In this document: piece after piece, positions 23,026-31,609 of the stretch | Layout: every line of letters begins with the position of its first letter | Numbering within the stretch: the stretch's first letter is position 1 | DNA from: an uncultured Candidatus Saccharibacteria bacterium | Lineage (GTDB): Bacteria; Patescibacteriota; Minisyncoccia; Phycocordibacterales; UBA2100 | NCBI GenBank assembly: GCA_964633425.1 | Contig: CAZWFX010000004.1 | Location: 18,517-82,516, forward strand | Direction: 5' to 3' | DNA: 64,000 nucleotides | The notes under the pieces: generated by a model | The model's input: only the letters and a program-made list of their open reading frames with translations | What the model was told of the DNA's origin: nothing | Database searches by the model: none | Program-made: the position numbers and the translations under genes

Positions 23026-24146
23026 TTCAGTCCAGTCGCAAGAAAATTTTTCGAGAAGAAATCGAAGTTGTTTAGCCCCGTATATGTGAACTCTTGAAAA
23101 ATCTTCTTGGAATTCGACATATTGTATATTTTTGATCCATTTTTTATTCGCTGTATAACATTCCAATATTTCAGATCTACATTGTTCATCACAAAGCGGT
23201 CATTTGTAGACATAATTAGTTGAACTTTGCCAGCTTCTGCCTCTTCAACAAGCAACTTGATTAAACTGGATGATCGATCGAAATCGAGCCCTTCACCTAT
23301 GTCATCAATTAAAATACCGCTTCTTGCTCCAACAACATTAAAGTATTCGATTTGTATAAGTAGTGCGAGCGCACGGAACATTCCCTGCGACATATTGTTT
23401 TGGTCAACAGGTGTACCAATTCCTTTTTCTTTAACATAAAGTCCAAGTAACTTTATTGATGTTTTCAAACTAACTGGAACGGCTACGCCAACGTCCGTCA
23501 AGTGGTATCCCAGCAGTTTCATTTTTGATATGACAGATGATTTGAATGCTTCACCTTTAATCTTCTCGCCCTTTCTGAAAGTCGAAATGACATGCTCGTT
23601 CGCTTCTACGATTGAATCTATGTCGTCTTCGTTTTGAAAAGCTAGCATTGAGTCCTTGCCAAGTGATGTGCCAAAACGAAATAGACTAAGTGACTCTGCC
23701 CACGCGTACAGCTCATTTAGACGCGGATGCTGCACCGCGTCCCGCTTTGTATTTAGCACAATCTCGTTTGTCTCTATCTGAAAATCTATAAGGCCACCTA
23801 CTTTGTCAGCAAATATTTTCCCTCTGCCTGTTTTTGACCTTGAAAAGACAACTTTATTATTGAATTTTAGCTCTTCCTTAGTAACACACGCATTTTCGAT
23901 TCTTAAAACATACTTATACACGTTCGATGCATGCAAAAAGGTCGCTTTATAGTTGGTCGAAGCATACGTAGCTTTCGACTTACCGGACATTAGTCCCGCT
24001 AGGCCTGAGATAACGTTAATTGTTCGAGTTTTCCCATTTGCATTTTTTCCAACAATTAAATTGACATCGCCAAACTCAGTGGCAGGGATTACCCACTCAG
24101 CTTTAGTGCCGGGAAATTGGCTATATTCAAACTCAATCAGCTTCAT
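23022..24146 (-). CDS. ABC-type (AAA_21/AAA_15-like) ATPase
   Basis: 374 aa. Walker A GKNANGKT, signature-like MSQGMF, Walker B GILIDDIGEGLD. Confidence 0.8.
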   Translation of the reverse strand: MKLIEFEYSQFPGTKAEWVIPATEFGDVNLIVGKNANGKTRTINVISGLAGLMSGKSKATYASTNYKATFLHASNVYKYVLRIENACVTKEELKFNNKVVFSRSKTGRGKIFADKVGGLIDFQIETNEIVLNTKRDAVQHPRLNELYAWAESLSLFRFGTSLGKDSMLAFQNEDDIDSIVEANEHVISTFRKGEKIKGEAFKSSVISKMKLLGYHLTDVGVAVPVSLKTSIKLLGLYVKEKGIGTPVDQNNMSQGMFRALALLIQIEYFNVVGARSGILIDDIGEGLDFDRSSSLIKLLVEEAEAGKVQLIMSTNDRFVMNNVDLKYWNVIQRIKNGSKIYNMSNSKKIFQEFTYTGLNNFDFFSKNFLATGLK

Positions 24147-24150
24147 AGAA

Positions 24151-24498
24151 TCAGCGCAATAATTTATCTAGTCTTATGATCCATTTATCAAATTTAGCAG
24201 TTATATAGCCTAATGGCACGGAGAAAAAAGCCGTCAAAATTGCTGTGGCAGTAAATCCACCTAGAGCGGCGGCAGGGTTGCTTAGGGGGATTTCTGGAAA
24301 CCCTGTGCCAAATTTCTGAACAAGGGCTACAACGACCCAAAAAAGGAGTGCGCCCCAAATAAAGCTCCAAGCGGCATACTCAATGTCGTTTAAATATTGG
24401 GCTTGTCTCCCTGCGAAGTGGCGATAGCTCCAAATTAAAGTCGCACCCGGAACGACAAATAATAGATATGCTATGCCAGAAATCGATAAAGACTCCAT
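24151..24498 (-). CDS. Small integral membrane protein (3-4 TM), first gene of the AT-rich cassette
   Basis: 115-aa hydrophobic ORF ending 4 nt before the ATPase start. Confidence 0.55.
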   Translation of the reverse strand: MESLSISGIAYLLFVVPGATLIWSYRHFAGRQAQYLNDIEYAAWSFIWGALLFWVVVALVQKFGTGFPEIPLSNPAAALGGFTATAILTAFFSVPLGYITAKFDKWIIRLDKLLR

Positions 24499-24583
24499 AC
24501 GTCGATGTTACACCCGATTTATGAAGAGTTTACAGACAAAAGAGAGTAAATGTGGCGTAATCATAAGTGTTAAGATTCTGACT

Positions 24584-24811
24584 ATGCCCAAACAAAAACT
24601 GATGGAGGAGCTGGTTAATAGGTACGAGGATTCGGCCATTGCCGGCAAGAGCGCCAAAGACGCAGGCGTGAGCTACAGCCCCGCCAGCAAATGCTTCACC
24701 CTTAAATTCGATGTAGACGAGCACGAGCTGATCGCCAAGTTTCTCGCCGATCACCCGCAAGGCGGCGACGAGCTCGAGCAAAACATCAAAAACTGGATCA
24801 AGAACGGATAA
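24584..24811 (+). CDS. Hypothetical small protein
   Basis: ORF 24473..24811 trimmed to the ATG at 24584 (MPKQKLMEEL...) to avoid overlap with the divergent gene. Confidence 0.4.
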   Translation: MPKQKLMEELVNRYEDSAIAGKSAKDAGVSYSPASKCFTLKFDVDEHELIAKFLADHPQGGDELEQNIKNWIKNG

Positions 24812-24825
24812 ATAGCGATAGGTAT

Positions 24826-25037
24826 AAAAGCGTTGCCCCCGACGCACCGCGATGCGTCGGGGGCTGGTAGTCGCAAGGAGCGATCTCCTGCGAGACAAAA
24901 AGCTTCCCGGCCGCGGGAGGCGTGGCGCAGGCCTAAGGAACGGGCAGTACGTGGCTCCAAAAACCACGCGCGAGTTGGCCGCCCGTCGGGCGCGACCCCT
25001 GAGCTTCGTCCGCCACCACTCTACCCCGCCGCATCCA
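24826..25037 (-). ncRNA. Candidate ~200-nt GC-rich noncoding transcript (unclassified)
   Basis: Bounded upstream by palindrome/promoter copy 1. Bounded downstream by a 12-bp hairpin GCCCCCGACGCA / TGCGTCGGGGGC (24835..24864) plus CTTTTAT on the minus strand. Several internal stems. No credible ORF. Confidence 0.3.
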
Positions 25038-25047
25038 AAAAATACAT

Positions 25048-25075
25048 ATTCTCACATTCTTGAGAATATGAGAAT
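25048..25075 (-). promoter_or_regulatory. 28-bp palindrome copy 1 (putative operator overlapping a promoter)
   Basis: ATTCTCACATTCT-TG-AGAATATGAGAAT, 13-nt arms with 1 mismatch. Identical to copy 3. Confidence 0.6.
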
Positions 25076-25087
25076 GTTTTGTGCCAA

Positions 25088-25121
25088 CAAAAACAAAACG
25101 GCCGCTCATTGCGAGCGGCCG
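25088..25121 (-). terminator. Rho-independent terminator of 25143..25808
   Basis: Stem CGGCCGCTC / GAGCGGCCG with loop ATTGC, followed on the minus strand by TTTTGTTTTTG. Confidence 0.8.
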
Positions 25122-25142
25122 GTCTGCCTATACGGCGAAAGA

Positions 25143-25808
25143 TCAGGTGTGCGCATACACTCCGAAGTAGCGCTTTGAGCACAGCATCACGATCACGATC
25201 TGCAGCACGAAGAACGACCCGGGAATGATGGCCTCGGATGACGACCAGTTCGGGACTGCAAGAACCCCAAACCCGCCGCCAACGAGGAACAGCATCCACG
25301 GCCAGAACGGTTCACGGTGCGGCTCATTCCACAGCGGGATCACGATTGCGACACCGCCGAGAGCAACCGAGACCACCGAGAGATAGATCGCGTAGTCGGG
25401 ATCGCTCTTGATCCCCCACGCCGCAACGGCAAGGGCAACGATGCCGATGCATGTCGAGTCGAGCTTGTTCCAGCCGGTAAACACATCCGACCAGTGCGCC
25501 TCTGTGCCGTTGAGCCGAGCGATCTTGTAGTTCTTGCGGAATGCGAGCACCACCACAACAACGCCGCCGATCACATACGGGATCATCTGCCAGGCGATGT
25601 TCTCGGCAGATCGCGTGTTGATGGCGTTTGCCACCATTGCCGCAAGGATCGCCATGTCGGACAAGACCCAACTGCCGATCCCCGAGATTGACGGGCGCGT
25701 GTCGTTTTTGCCGCTCACGCGCCACGCCGATACCCAGTACGGGATAAAGGCGATAGTCGAGAACACGACCGCAAGGGCCGCGTATACCTGTAGGCTATTC
25801 AGTTGCAT
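25143..25808 (-). CDS. Polytopic integral membrane protein (about 7 TM)
   Basis: 221-aa hydrophobic ORF; last gene of the palindrome-controlled operon. Confidence 0.65.
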   Translation of the reverse strand: MQLNSLQVYAALAVVFSTIAFIPYWVSAWRVSGKNDTRPSISGIGSWVLSDMAILAAMVANAINTRSAENIAWQMIPYVIGGVVVVVLAFRKNYKIARLNGTEAHWSDVFTGWNKLDSTCIGIVALAVAAWGIKSDPDYAIYLSVVSVALGGVAIVIPLWNEPHREPFWPWMLFLVGGGFGVLAVPNWSSSEAIIPGSFFVLQIVIVMLCSKRYFGVYAHT

Positions 25809-25891
25809 TGCCGAGGCCTCCGTTTACCGAATGGTATGGGAATTTGACTGTTGTTATTATACTACGATTTGTGCCATGCGTCAATTAGCCC

Positions 25892-25925
25892 ACAAAACAA
25901 AACGGCCGCTCATTGCGAGCAGCCG
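25892..25925 (-). terminator. Terminator-like hairpin after 25946..27085 (near-copy of 25088..25121)
   Basis: Same stem-loop with one mismatch, followed by TTTTGTTTTG on the minus strand. Confidence 0.7.
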
Positions 25926-25945
25926 GTCTGCCTAAAGGCGAAAGA

Positions 25946-27085
25946 TCAGTTCTTGTGGAGCGAGGTGTTCAGCTCGACAGGTGCCGACGTCGGGCGCATG
26001 AGCACCTGCCCCGTTTCGCTGTCGCGGATGAACGTCATCCCCGAGTTATTCGAGAGCGAGGCGGCTTTTCGCACGGCGCCGTCGGGGCGCAGGATGCGCA
26101 TGCCCGCGGTGATGTAGAGACCGGCTTCGATGCGACAGTTGTCGCCGAGCGAAATCCCGGTGCCGCCGTTGGCGCCGATCAGGCAATTGCGACCAATTGT
26201 GATCACCTCTTTGCCGCCGCCGGATAGCGTGCCCATGATCGACGCACCGCCGCCGATGGCTGTCCCGCTGCCGACCCACACACCCTGCGAGATCCTGCCC
26301 TCGATCATGTTCGGGCCTTCGGCGCCGGCGTTGTAGTTGCAGAGTCCTTCGTGCATCACGGTCACGCCTTCGCCCAGATACGCGCCGAGCCGCACGCGAC
26401 TCGCATCTGCTATCCGCACACCCGATGGCACCACATAGTCGAGCATCCGCGGAATCTTGTCGCGCGAGTGCACCGAAAACGGACGCCCCATCGTGAGCGC
26501 ATCCATGCGTCGCTCATGCAGATCCGCTTCGCTGATCGGTCCCTCGTTGGTCCATACATTGTTGGGCAGGACCGCAAAGAGATTGTCGAGGTTGATGCCG
26601 TGCGGCCGCACCTTGCGGTGACTGAGCAAATGCAGGCGCAGGTACGCGTCGGGCACGCTCGACGGTCCTTTGTCGCTCTCCTCTTCGGGAATCGCGCACG
26701 CGACAACGCGCATACGCGTGTTGATCGAGTTTCTGAAAGCGGTATTCCGCAACAGCTTTGCCGCCCTGCGAAGCGCATCCACGTTTCCGTGGTGTTTGCC
26801 GTCGCCTTCTGTCCACTCGAAATATTCGAGCATCTCGCGCACGATATCGAGATTGAGCACACCCATCGCCTGGTGATCGCCGGTGTAGTTGAGCACCTTG
26901 GCAAACACGGCGGCGGTGCCGTAGTTCTCGCGATGATTCGGCATCGGGTAGAGCGCATCAAGATACGCTCCGCTACTGTCGACGTTCACGAACCCGATCC
27001 CGAATGCACGCGGGCGTTTGTAGTCGGGCCGCTCCTCGAATTCGGTTACGAACTGTCTGAATGCGATTTGAGTCTGTATCCGCAC
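25946..27085 (-). CDS. Hexapeptide-repeat acyltransferase, tetrahydrodipicolinate N-succinyltransferase (DapD, actinobacterial type)-like
   Basis: 379 aa. [25 protein letters not shown] plus a left-handed beta-helix region ([16 protein letters not shown]...[20 protein letters not shown]). Confidence 0.65.
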   Translation of the reverse strand: MRIQTQIAFRQFVTEFEERPDYKRPRAFGIGFVNVDSSGAYLDALYPMPNHRENYGTAAVFAKVLNYTGDHQAMGVLNLDIVREMLEYFEWTEGDGKHHGNVDALRRAAKLLRNTAFRNSINTRMRVVACAIPEEESDKGPSSVPDAYLRLHLLSHRKVRPHGINLDNLFAVLPNNVWTNEGPISEADLHERRMDALTMGRPFSVHSRDKIPRMLDYVVPSGVRIADASRVRLGAYLGEGVTVMHEGLCNYNAGAEGPNMIEGRISQGVWVGSGTAIGGGASIMGTLSGGGKEVITIGRNCLIGANGGTGISLGDNCRIEAGLYITAGMRILRPDGAVRKAASLSNNSGMTFIRDSETGQVLMRPTSAPVELNTSLHKN

Positions 27086-27154
27086 TTCGTTCTCCTCCTG
27101 TTTGACCGTAGTGCACCGTACCCGATTGAACTGAATTGTCGAGCGGAGCGTTGC

Positions 27155-27907
27155 TTAGCTCTCGCGAACCTTGTAGCCATCAAACCGTTCTGTGTGGACC
27201 TGCGAAGTGGGTACCCCGAGCGTGTGCAGCGCGTCGCGCATTGCTCCCACAAATGAATCGGTACCGACAATATAGAAATGACTATCTACGACATTCGGAG
27301 CGGATGTGCGGATCAAGTCGGCGGTGATTCGACCGCGCAGGATGCCCGACACACCTTCGCGCGTGAGTGTGGGAATAAACGTGTAGCCGGATTGTTCGTG
27401 CGCCACAGATTCAAACTCGCTGTAGAACGGAATACTTGGCCGCGACCGATCTGAATGAATATGCGTAACGGCAATCGGCGCGTTTGCAAGCCTTTGCTCG
27501 CGCAGAATGCTGCGAAACGGCGTGATGCCGATACCGCCTGATAGCCACACCTGTGGAGCCGCCGTTCTGGACCACAATGCACCGGCAGGATCGCGCACCA
27601 TGATCGGGTCCCCCGCCGCAAGCGCATATGCGGTGTGTTTAAAATTTGAATTCCGCACGCGCATCGCGATTACGAGATCGCTCTCGCTGGGTGCACTCGC
27701 GAGCGTAAATTCCTTGAGGTGCCCCGCCTGAGCACCGGGAATCGAGATCATTACATTTTGCCCCGGTGTAAACGCAAAACCGATCGGTCGCTCGATCGTG
27801 AGCGCAAGCGTGCTTTCGGCCACCATCGCGCGCGATACAACGCGGGTGCGATGAAAGGTGGTCGGCATATCGCCGAATACAAACGCGAGTTCCGGGGGCA
27901 ATCCCAT
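27155..27907 (-). CDS. Ferredoxin-NADP reductase-like FAD/NAD(P)-binding oxidoreductase
   Basis: 250 aa. FTPGQNVMISIPG, KEFTLASAP (R/K-x-Y/F-S/T-like FAD motif), LSGGIGITPFRSIL (NAD(P)-binding GGxGxxP). Confidence 0.75.
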   Translation of the reverse strand: MGLPPELAFVFGDMPTTFHRTRVVSRAMVAESTLALTIERPIGFAFTPGQNVMISIPGAQAGHLKEFTLASAPSESDLVIAMRVRNSNFKHTAYALAAGDPIMVRDPAGALWSRTAAPQVWLSGGIGITPFRSILREQRLANAPIAVTHIHSDRSRPSIPFYSEFESVAHEQSGYTFIPTLTREGVSGILRGRITADLIRTSAPNVVDSHFYIVGTDSFVGAMRDALHTLGVPTSQVHTERFDGYKVRES

Positions 27908-27943
27908 GCATCTATTCTATCGCACGGCACCTGTACACCACAT

Positions 27944-27971
27944 ATTCTCACATTCTTGAGAATGTGAGAAT
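27944..27971 (-). promoter_or_regulatory. 28-bp palindrome copy 2 (perfect), upstream of the FNR-like gene
   Basis: ATTCTCACATTCT-TG-AGAATGTGAGAAT, a perfect inverted repeat lying 36 nt upstream of the start codon at 27907. Confidence 0.65.
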
Positions 27972-27982
27972 TTCTTTCTCCT

Positions 27983-28020
27983 CAAAAACAAATCTCCTCC
28001 GGCCACGTGTGCCGGAGGAG
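27983..28020 (-). terminator. Rho-independent terminator of 28042..28659
   Basis: Stem CTCCTCCGGC / GCCGGAGGAG, followed on the minus strand by ATTTGTTTTTG. Confidence 0.75.
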
Positions 28021-28041
28021 TACATGCATCGAACGATGCAA

Positions 28042-28659
28042 TCAGATAAATCCGTCGAGTTTCAACATTCCTTCCACGATGCCGCGACTGGCATCCCCGA
28101 AATTCGGAATCTGCAGCCGCTCATTCATGTAGGTGCGCAGGAGTGTACCCATGACAGCAGTCTCGCCTCCTGCGTTGTGCATCATTGCGTTGCGGATGCG
28201 AGTCTTCTGCCTTTGGTCGATGTCGAACTCGCCCAGGCGATCATCTGAGAAGTAGTCGCCCACGTACCAGCCCTTCCAGTAGCTGTTATGAGACCAGCCC
28301 TTCTTGTTCGAGGCAAAGCTGTGCGCAGCGTATGACGCCGGCGGGTCGATTCCCGCCGAGAAGCCGATGTCGGGCGTCTTGCTGTAAAAGTGCTGCACAC
28401 ACAGCCGCAGGTTGTTCGCGAGGAGCTGTCGCACACCGACGGTACGCGCTCGCAGGTCCCACAAATGCGACACCTGGACATGCACGTCTCGCACGTGGCC
28501 AAACCGCAAATGGTCGACCGTGAATTCGATGAGCATGTCCGCCTCGCTTCGAAGCCCGAGCGGCGGAATACCGGCAACCGTCTCCACGATATTTCTGTGA
28601 AGACGATCAAACGTATCGCCCGAGTGTTCGGGCAGACAAGAAACCGTGATCTTCGCCAT
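28042..28659 (-). CDS. Hypothetical protein
   Basis: 205-aa ORF with normal composition and no recognised motif. Confidence 0.5.
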   Translation of the reverse strand: MAKITVSCLPEHSGDTFDRLHRNIVETVAGIPPLGLRSEADMLIEFTVDHLRFGHVRDVHVQVSHLWDLRARTVGVRQLLANNLRLCVQHFYSKTPDIGFSAGIDPPASYAAHSFASNKKGWSHNSYWKGWYVGDYFSDDRLGEFDIDQRQKTRIRNAMMHNAGGETAVMGTLLRTYMNERLQIPNFGDASRGIVEGMLKLDGFI

Positions 28660-28780
28660 GGATACCCCCTATAATTGGCCGCGCACACAATACAACAGAT
28701 CCCTCGTCCGTCAACAACGAGGAAAGCCGGATGCAGAGCATCCGGCTTTTGTGATGGGGTGAGCACGCTCACCAAAGAAC

Positions 28781-29158
28781 TTACTGGTACCGAGTCTGCT
28801 CACTCGGAACCCGGCCTTCGCAGCGACCCGTCTGCTCGTTGAAGTCGGTATGCGAGATGCACAGAGTCCGCAGTTCACGCTGCGCGAGCAGGTCGTTCTT
28901 GGGCGCCTTGTAGTAGCCGTTGGAGCATTGCTGCTTCAGCGCCTCCATGCTCCGAGAGCCGGCGCAGGTCGCGATCGGAATGATGCCGAGGTAATTCCAT
29001 GACACTTCCTGACGCTCGGCGTCTTCGCTCCAGAACGACAGCATCACGACTGCGGTTGCCGCACCCTTGCTGAACTGCGCAAACGGCAGCATCGACATGA
29101 GGAGCGCGAACAGCGAGAGGACGAAAAGAAAGTTGCCGCGGTTGAACACTTTGTTCAT
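28781..29158 (-). CDS. Hypothetical secreted/anchored Cys-containing protein
   Basis: Trimmed to MNKVFNRGNFLFVLSLFALLMSMLPFAQF (signal or anchor segment). Confidence 0.45.
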   Translation of the reverse strand: MNKVFNRGNFLFVLSLFALLMSMLPFAQFSKGAATAVVMLSFWSEDAERQEVSWNYLGIIPIATCAGSRSMEALKQQCSNGYYKAPKNDLLAQRELRTLCISHTDFNEQTGRCEGRVPSEQTRYQ

Positions 29159-29254
29159 TCGTGTAGTCCTTTCCAGTTGGATTTCGGGCACTGTGGTTCT
29201 ATTAACATATTACCACATTTATGTGCCTATGTCAATCCACAGCATCGCGTCTGG

Positions 29255-29536
29255 CTAGTCCGGATCCCCGAGGTCCCTACCCCACTGCCAGCGCGGCTTC
29301 TCGCCGTAGGCATAACAAAAACGAATCAAACTCATTGTAAGGAGCGTGATCGGGAGAATGAATGTGAACAACACTTCTCTAAACGTTGAACGCTCATCAA
29401 TCGTGAGCGCGAACGCAACATCTGCGCAAATATACGCGACCACGACAAGCCACCCCTGCCAGGTAACAGGCTCCCAGCCCCATCCGAATCTGCGGCGCTT
29501 GAACCAAATCTCTTTCATGACTCTACGATACACCAC
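29255..29536 (-). CDS. Small membrane protein
   Basis: 93 aa with two hydrophobic segments. Confidence 0.45.
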   Translation of the reverse strand: MVYRRVMKEIWFKRRRFGWGWEPVTWQGWLVVVAYICADVAFALTIDERSTFREVLFTFILPITLLTMSLIRFCYAYGEKPRWQWGRDLGDPD

Positions 29537-29543
29537 GAGCTCA

Positions 29544-29921
29544 TCACTGCTGTACTTTCGAGTAGTCGTACCAGACCGCTTCTATATTGTGACCGTCGAA
29601 GTCGAGGACAAATGCGGCATAGTACCCCGGCCAGTAATCGGTCCGATATCCGGGAGCACCATTGTCTTTTGCACCCGCAGCGAGTGCTGCTTTGTAGAAT
29701 GCTTCGACCTCAGCTGCGCTCTGTGCCTCAAAGGCAATGTGACCGGGCGTTACGCTCGCCGCCTTCGTGATCCACATATCGGTATTTTTTCCGTCGTTGA
29801 ACCCGGCAGCTTCGCCGTATTCCATGTTCTGCGTGTAGCCCAACGGCTGCAGCGCATCTATATAAAATCGTTTCGACTTTTCGTAATCCGATACAGCGAG
29901 GCCGGCGTGTGCGATGACCAT
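29544..29921 (-). CDS. VOC/glyoxalase-family protein
   Basis: 125 aa. HAGLAVSDYEKSKRFY and GHIAFEA...DFDGHNIEAV are typical of the VOC fold. Confidence 0.8.
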   Translation of the reverse strand: MVIAHAGLAVSDYEKSKRFYIDALQPLGYTQNMEYGEAAGFNDGKNTDMWITKAASVTPGHIAFEAQSAAEVEAFYKAALAAGAKDNGAPGYRTDYWPGYYAAFVLDFDGHNIEAVWYDYSKVQQ

Positions 29922-30034
29922 ATTCGAATGAGTTATGGGTATTCACCTGAGTATACCCGCGCGAACGGGTATGAAATATGAAATCGAAACGTCCGACATT
30001 TCTGCCGGACGCTGTACAACGTTGAAAAGATCAC

Positions 30035-30268
30035 TTACCCCAAGATACCGCCCAAGATGGCAAGACCGACCGCGATGCCGACCGCTCCGATTGTGGAGCT
30101 GCTCGACGACTCGTCGTAGCGACGGCAATCGTAGCCGCTTTGCGCGGGCGTCGCGTCTGATTGATCGCGGTACACAGCGCGTGGCGCCGTCGGTCTCGTA
30201 ATGCGCTTACTGGTACCGTGCATTGTCGGGCGATACGAGCCTTCGCCTTTTTTCAGGGCCATGTTCAA
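30035..30268 (-). CDS. Small hypothetical protein with C-terminal TM helix
   Basis: 77-aa ORF ending GAVGIAVGLAILGGILG. Confidence 0.35.
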   Translation of the reverse strand: MNMALKKGEGSYRPTMHGTSKRITRPTAPRAVYRDQSDATPAQSGYDCRRYDESSSSSTIGAVGIAVGLAILGGILG

Positions 30269-30296
30269 TCCTCCTCTTTGCGTGACTGTATGTGAC

Positions 30297-30533
30297 CTAG
30301 GCGGGACTCATTTCCGAAAGCGAGTACACGCCGATATCCGGCGAGTTCTTGTGCTGCACGTACCAGACTTCAGCACCGTGACACGGGACGACACCGCAAA
30401 TTGACCCTTCGATGTTCGGCCTTCGGACCGATACATGCTTTTGATGAATCTGCAGCGCCATCTCACTTTCGTCGTGGCGGAGTTGACCCACTTTGACGGA
30501 CATTCCGACTCGCACTTCGTTGCAATCATGCAT
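30297..30533 (-). CDS. Small hypothetical protein
   Basis: 78-aa ORF, co-directional with its neighbours. Confidence 0.35.
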   Translation of the reverse strand: MHDCNEVRVGMSVKVGQLRHDESEMALQIHQKHVSVRRPNIEGSICGVVPCHGAEVWYVQHKNSPDIGVYSLSEMSPA

Positions 30534-30629
30534 GTGATCGACCTCGAGTTTTGTTGAGCGATGGATTGAATCTACTGGCGCATAATATACAACATAATCT
30601 ATCCTCGGTCAACTAATTCGAAAGTTCTG

Positions 30630-30869
30630 TTATTGACCGTGAGCGGAAGGCGCCGGGTCTTTGAGATCGTTGTCGTTGAGGTCCGCGTTTTCATCGCTCT
30701 CGATAGACTTCTTCGTCGCGGTAGATACCGACTCGACGTACGCCGGCGTTGCACTACCGTCACTGCCGGTGTTCGGCACGCCCGGTATTTGCATCGCGTA
30801 GACCGCAAATGCAACGACCACCAAAAGCAGCGCTGCACCAAGTGTTGTGAACATGGTTTGCGTCGTCAT
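30630..30869 (-). CDS. Small membrane-anchored acidic protein
   Basis: 79 aa with an N-terminal TM helix (LGAALLLVVVAFAVYA). Confidence 0.4.
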   Translation of the reverse strand: MTTQTMFTTLGAALLLVVVAFAVYAMQIPGVPNTGSDGSATPAYVESVSTATKKSIESDENADLNDNDLKDPAPSAHGQ

Positions 30870-30952
30870 GCATATACCCTACTCCGCAGACATGTGCTGG
30901 GGGTGAATACAAACGACCGCGCACAGGGCGCGGTCGCAATTCTCACCGAGGA

Positions 30953-31609
30953 TCAATCCATCGTGAGAACACCGTTGTTATAGAGCGAGAGAACAAAATC
31001 TTTGTCCTGTTCGTGATACTGCAGCATCTTGATCTTGATCTCGCGACCCGAGAGCGCCCCATGCCGGGTATTCGGCCGATGCAGCGCATCGTACACGTCC
31101 GCCATCGCAAGGATGCGGCCGTGCTTGTAGATCAGGTGCTTGGTCTGGTCGGAAAAGTTGTGCAATGGCCGCGGCATTCGCAGCGGATACCCGTTCGCCT
31201 GGAACCGATGATGCCAGAGCATGATCGCACCCGAAAAATCGAACCGGCCGCGGATGATGCGATAGCCGTCTACCACGTGCCTTCGCATAATTCGCCGATC
31301 AGCATTGGTCCAGTCGTCCTGTTTGCCCAGCACCTCGACGGGCACCATAACCTTGCCGATATCGTGCAACGCGCCCGCAAGGAGCATCGCCCGCTGATCG
31401 AGATCGCCGCATGCTGTGGCGATCGCGCGCGCAAGCAGTGCGACACGAAGCGAATGCATGTAGTGCGCCCGGTACACGGGCCCCTTGTCGCGAAGCGGCA
31501 GCATGAACATCACGGTATCGTCGATGTCTTCCTGACGACACCGCTCGATCTTTGCCGCCCGTACAAACTCATGCATCAGGCGTTCTTCGGTAGCTGTCTG
31601 GAGCTGCAT
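30953..31609 (-). CDS. HD-GYP domain phosphohydrolase
   Basis: LLAGALHDIGKVMVP (HD motif), RRHVVDGYRI, WHHRFQANGYP (HHE..GYP-like). Confidence 0.8.
   Translation of the reverse strand: MQLQTATEERLMHEFVRAAKIERCRQEDIDDTVMFMLPLRDKGPVYRAHYMHSLRVALLARAIATACGDLDQRAMLLAGALHDIGKVMVPVEVLGKQDDWTNADRRIMRRHVVDGYRIIRGRFDFSGAIMLWHHRFQANGYPLRMPRPLHNFSDQTKHLIYKHGRILAMADVYDALHRPNTRHGALSGREIKIKMLQYHEQDKDFVLSLYNNGVLTMD

Noticed and set aside
24530-24967. 145-aa and 69-aa minus-strand ORFs in the 24.5-25.0 kb region
   Set aside because: Pro/Arg/Leu-rich translations crossing a strong terminator hairpin. The region is better explained as a noncoding segment plus the plus-strand small gene.
24826-25037. Identification of the orphan GC-rich segment as SRP RNA, 6S RNA, RNase P RNA, tmRNA, or a cobalamin or c-di-AMP riboswitch
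   Set aside because: None of the hallmark conserved strings of these families (e.g. the SRP domain IV GGAA-loop context, RNase P GGAAAGUCC, the B12 box) is present by eye. Left unclassified.
26351-27256. 301-aa plus-strand ORF
   Set aside because: Antisense to the DapD-like hexapeptide acyltransferase. His/Arg-rich.
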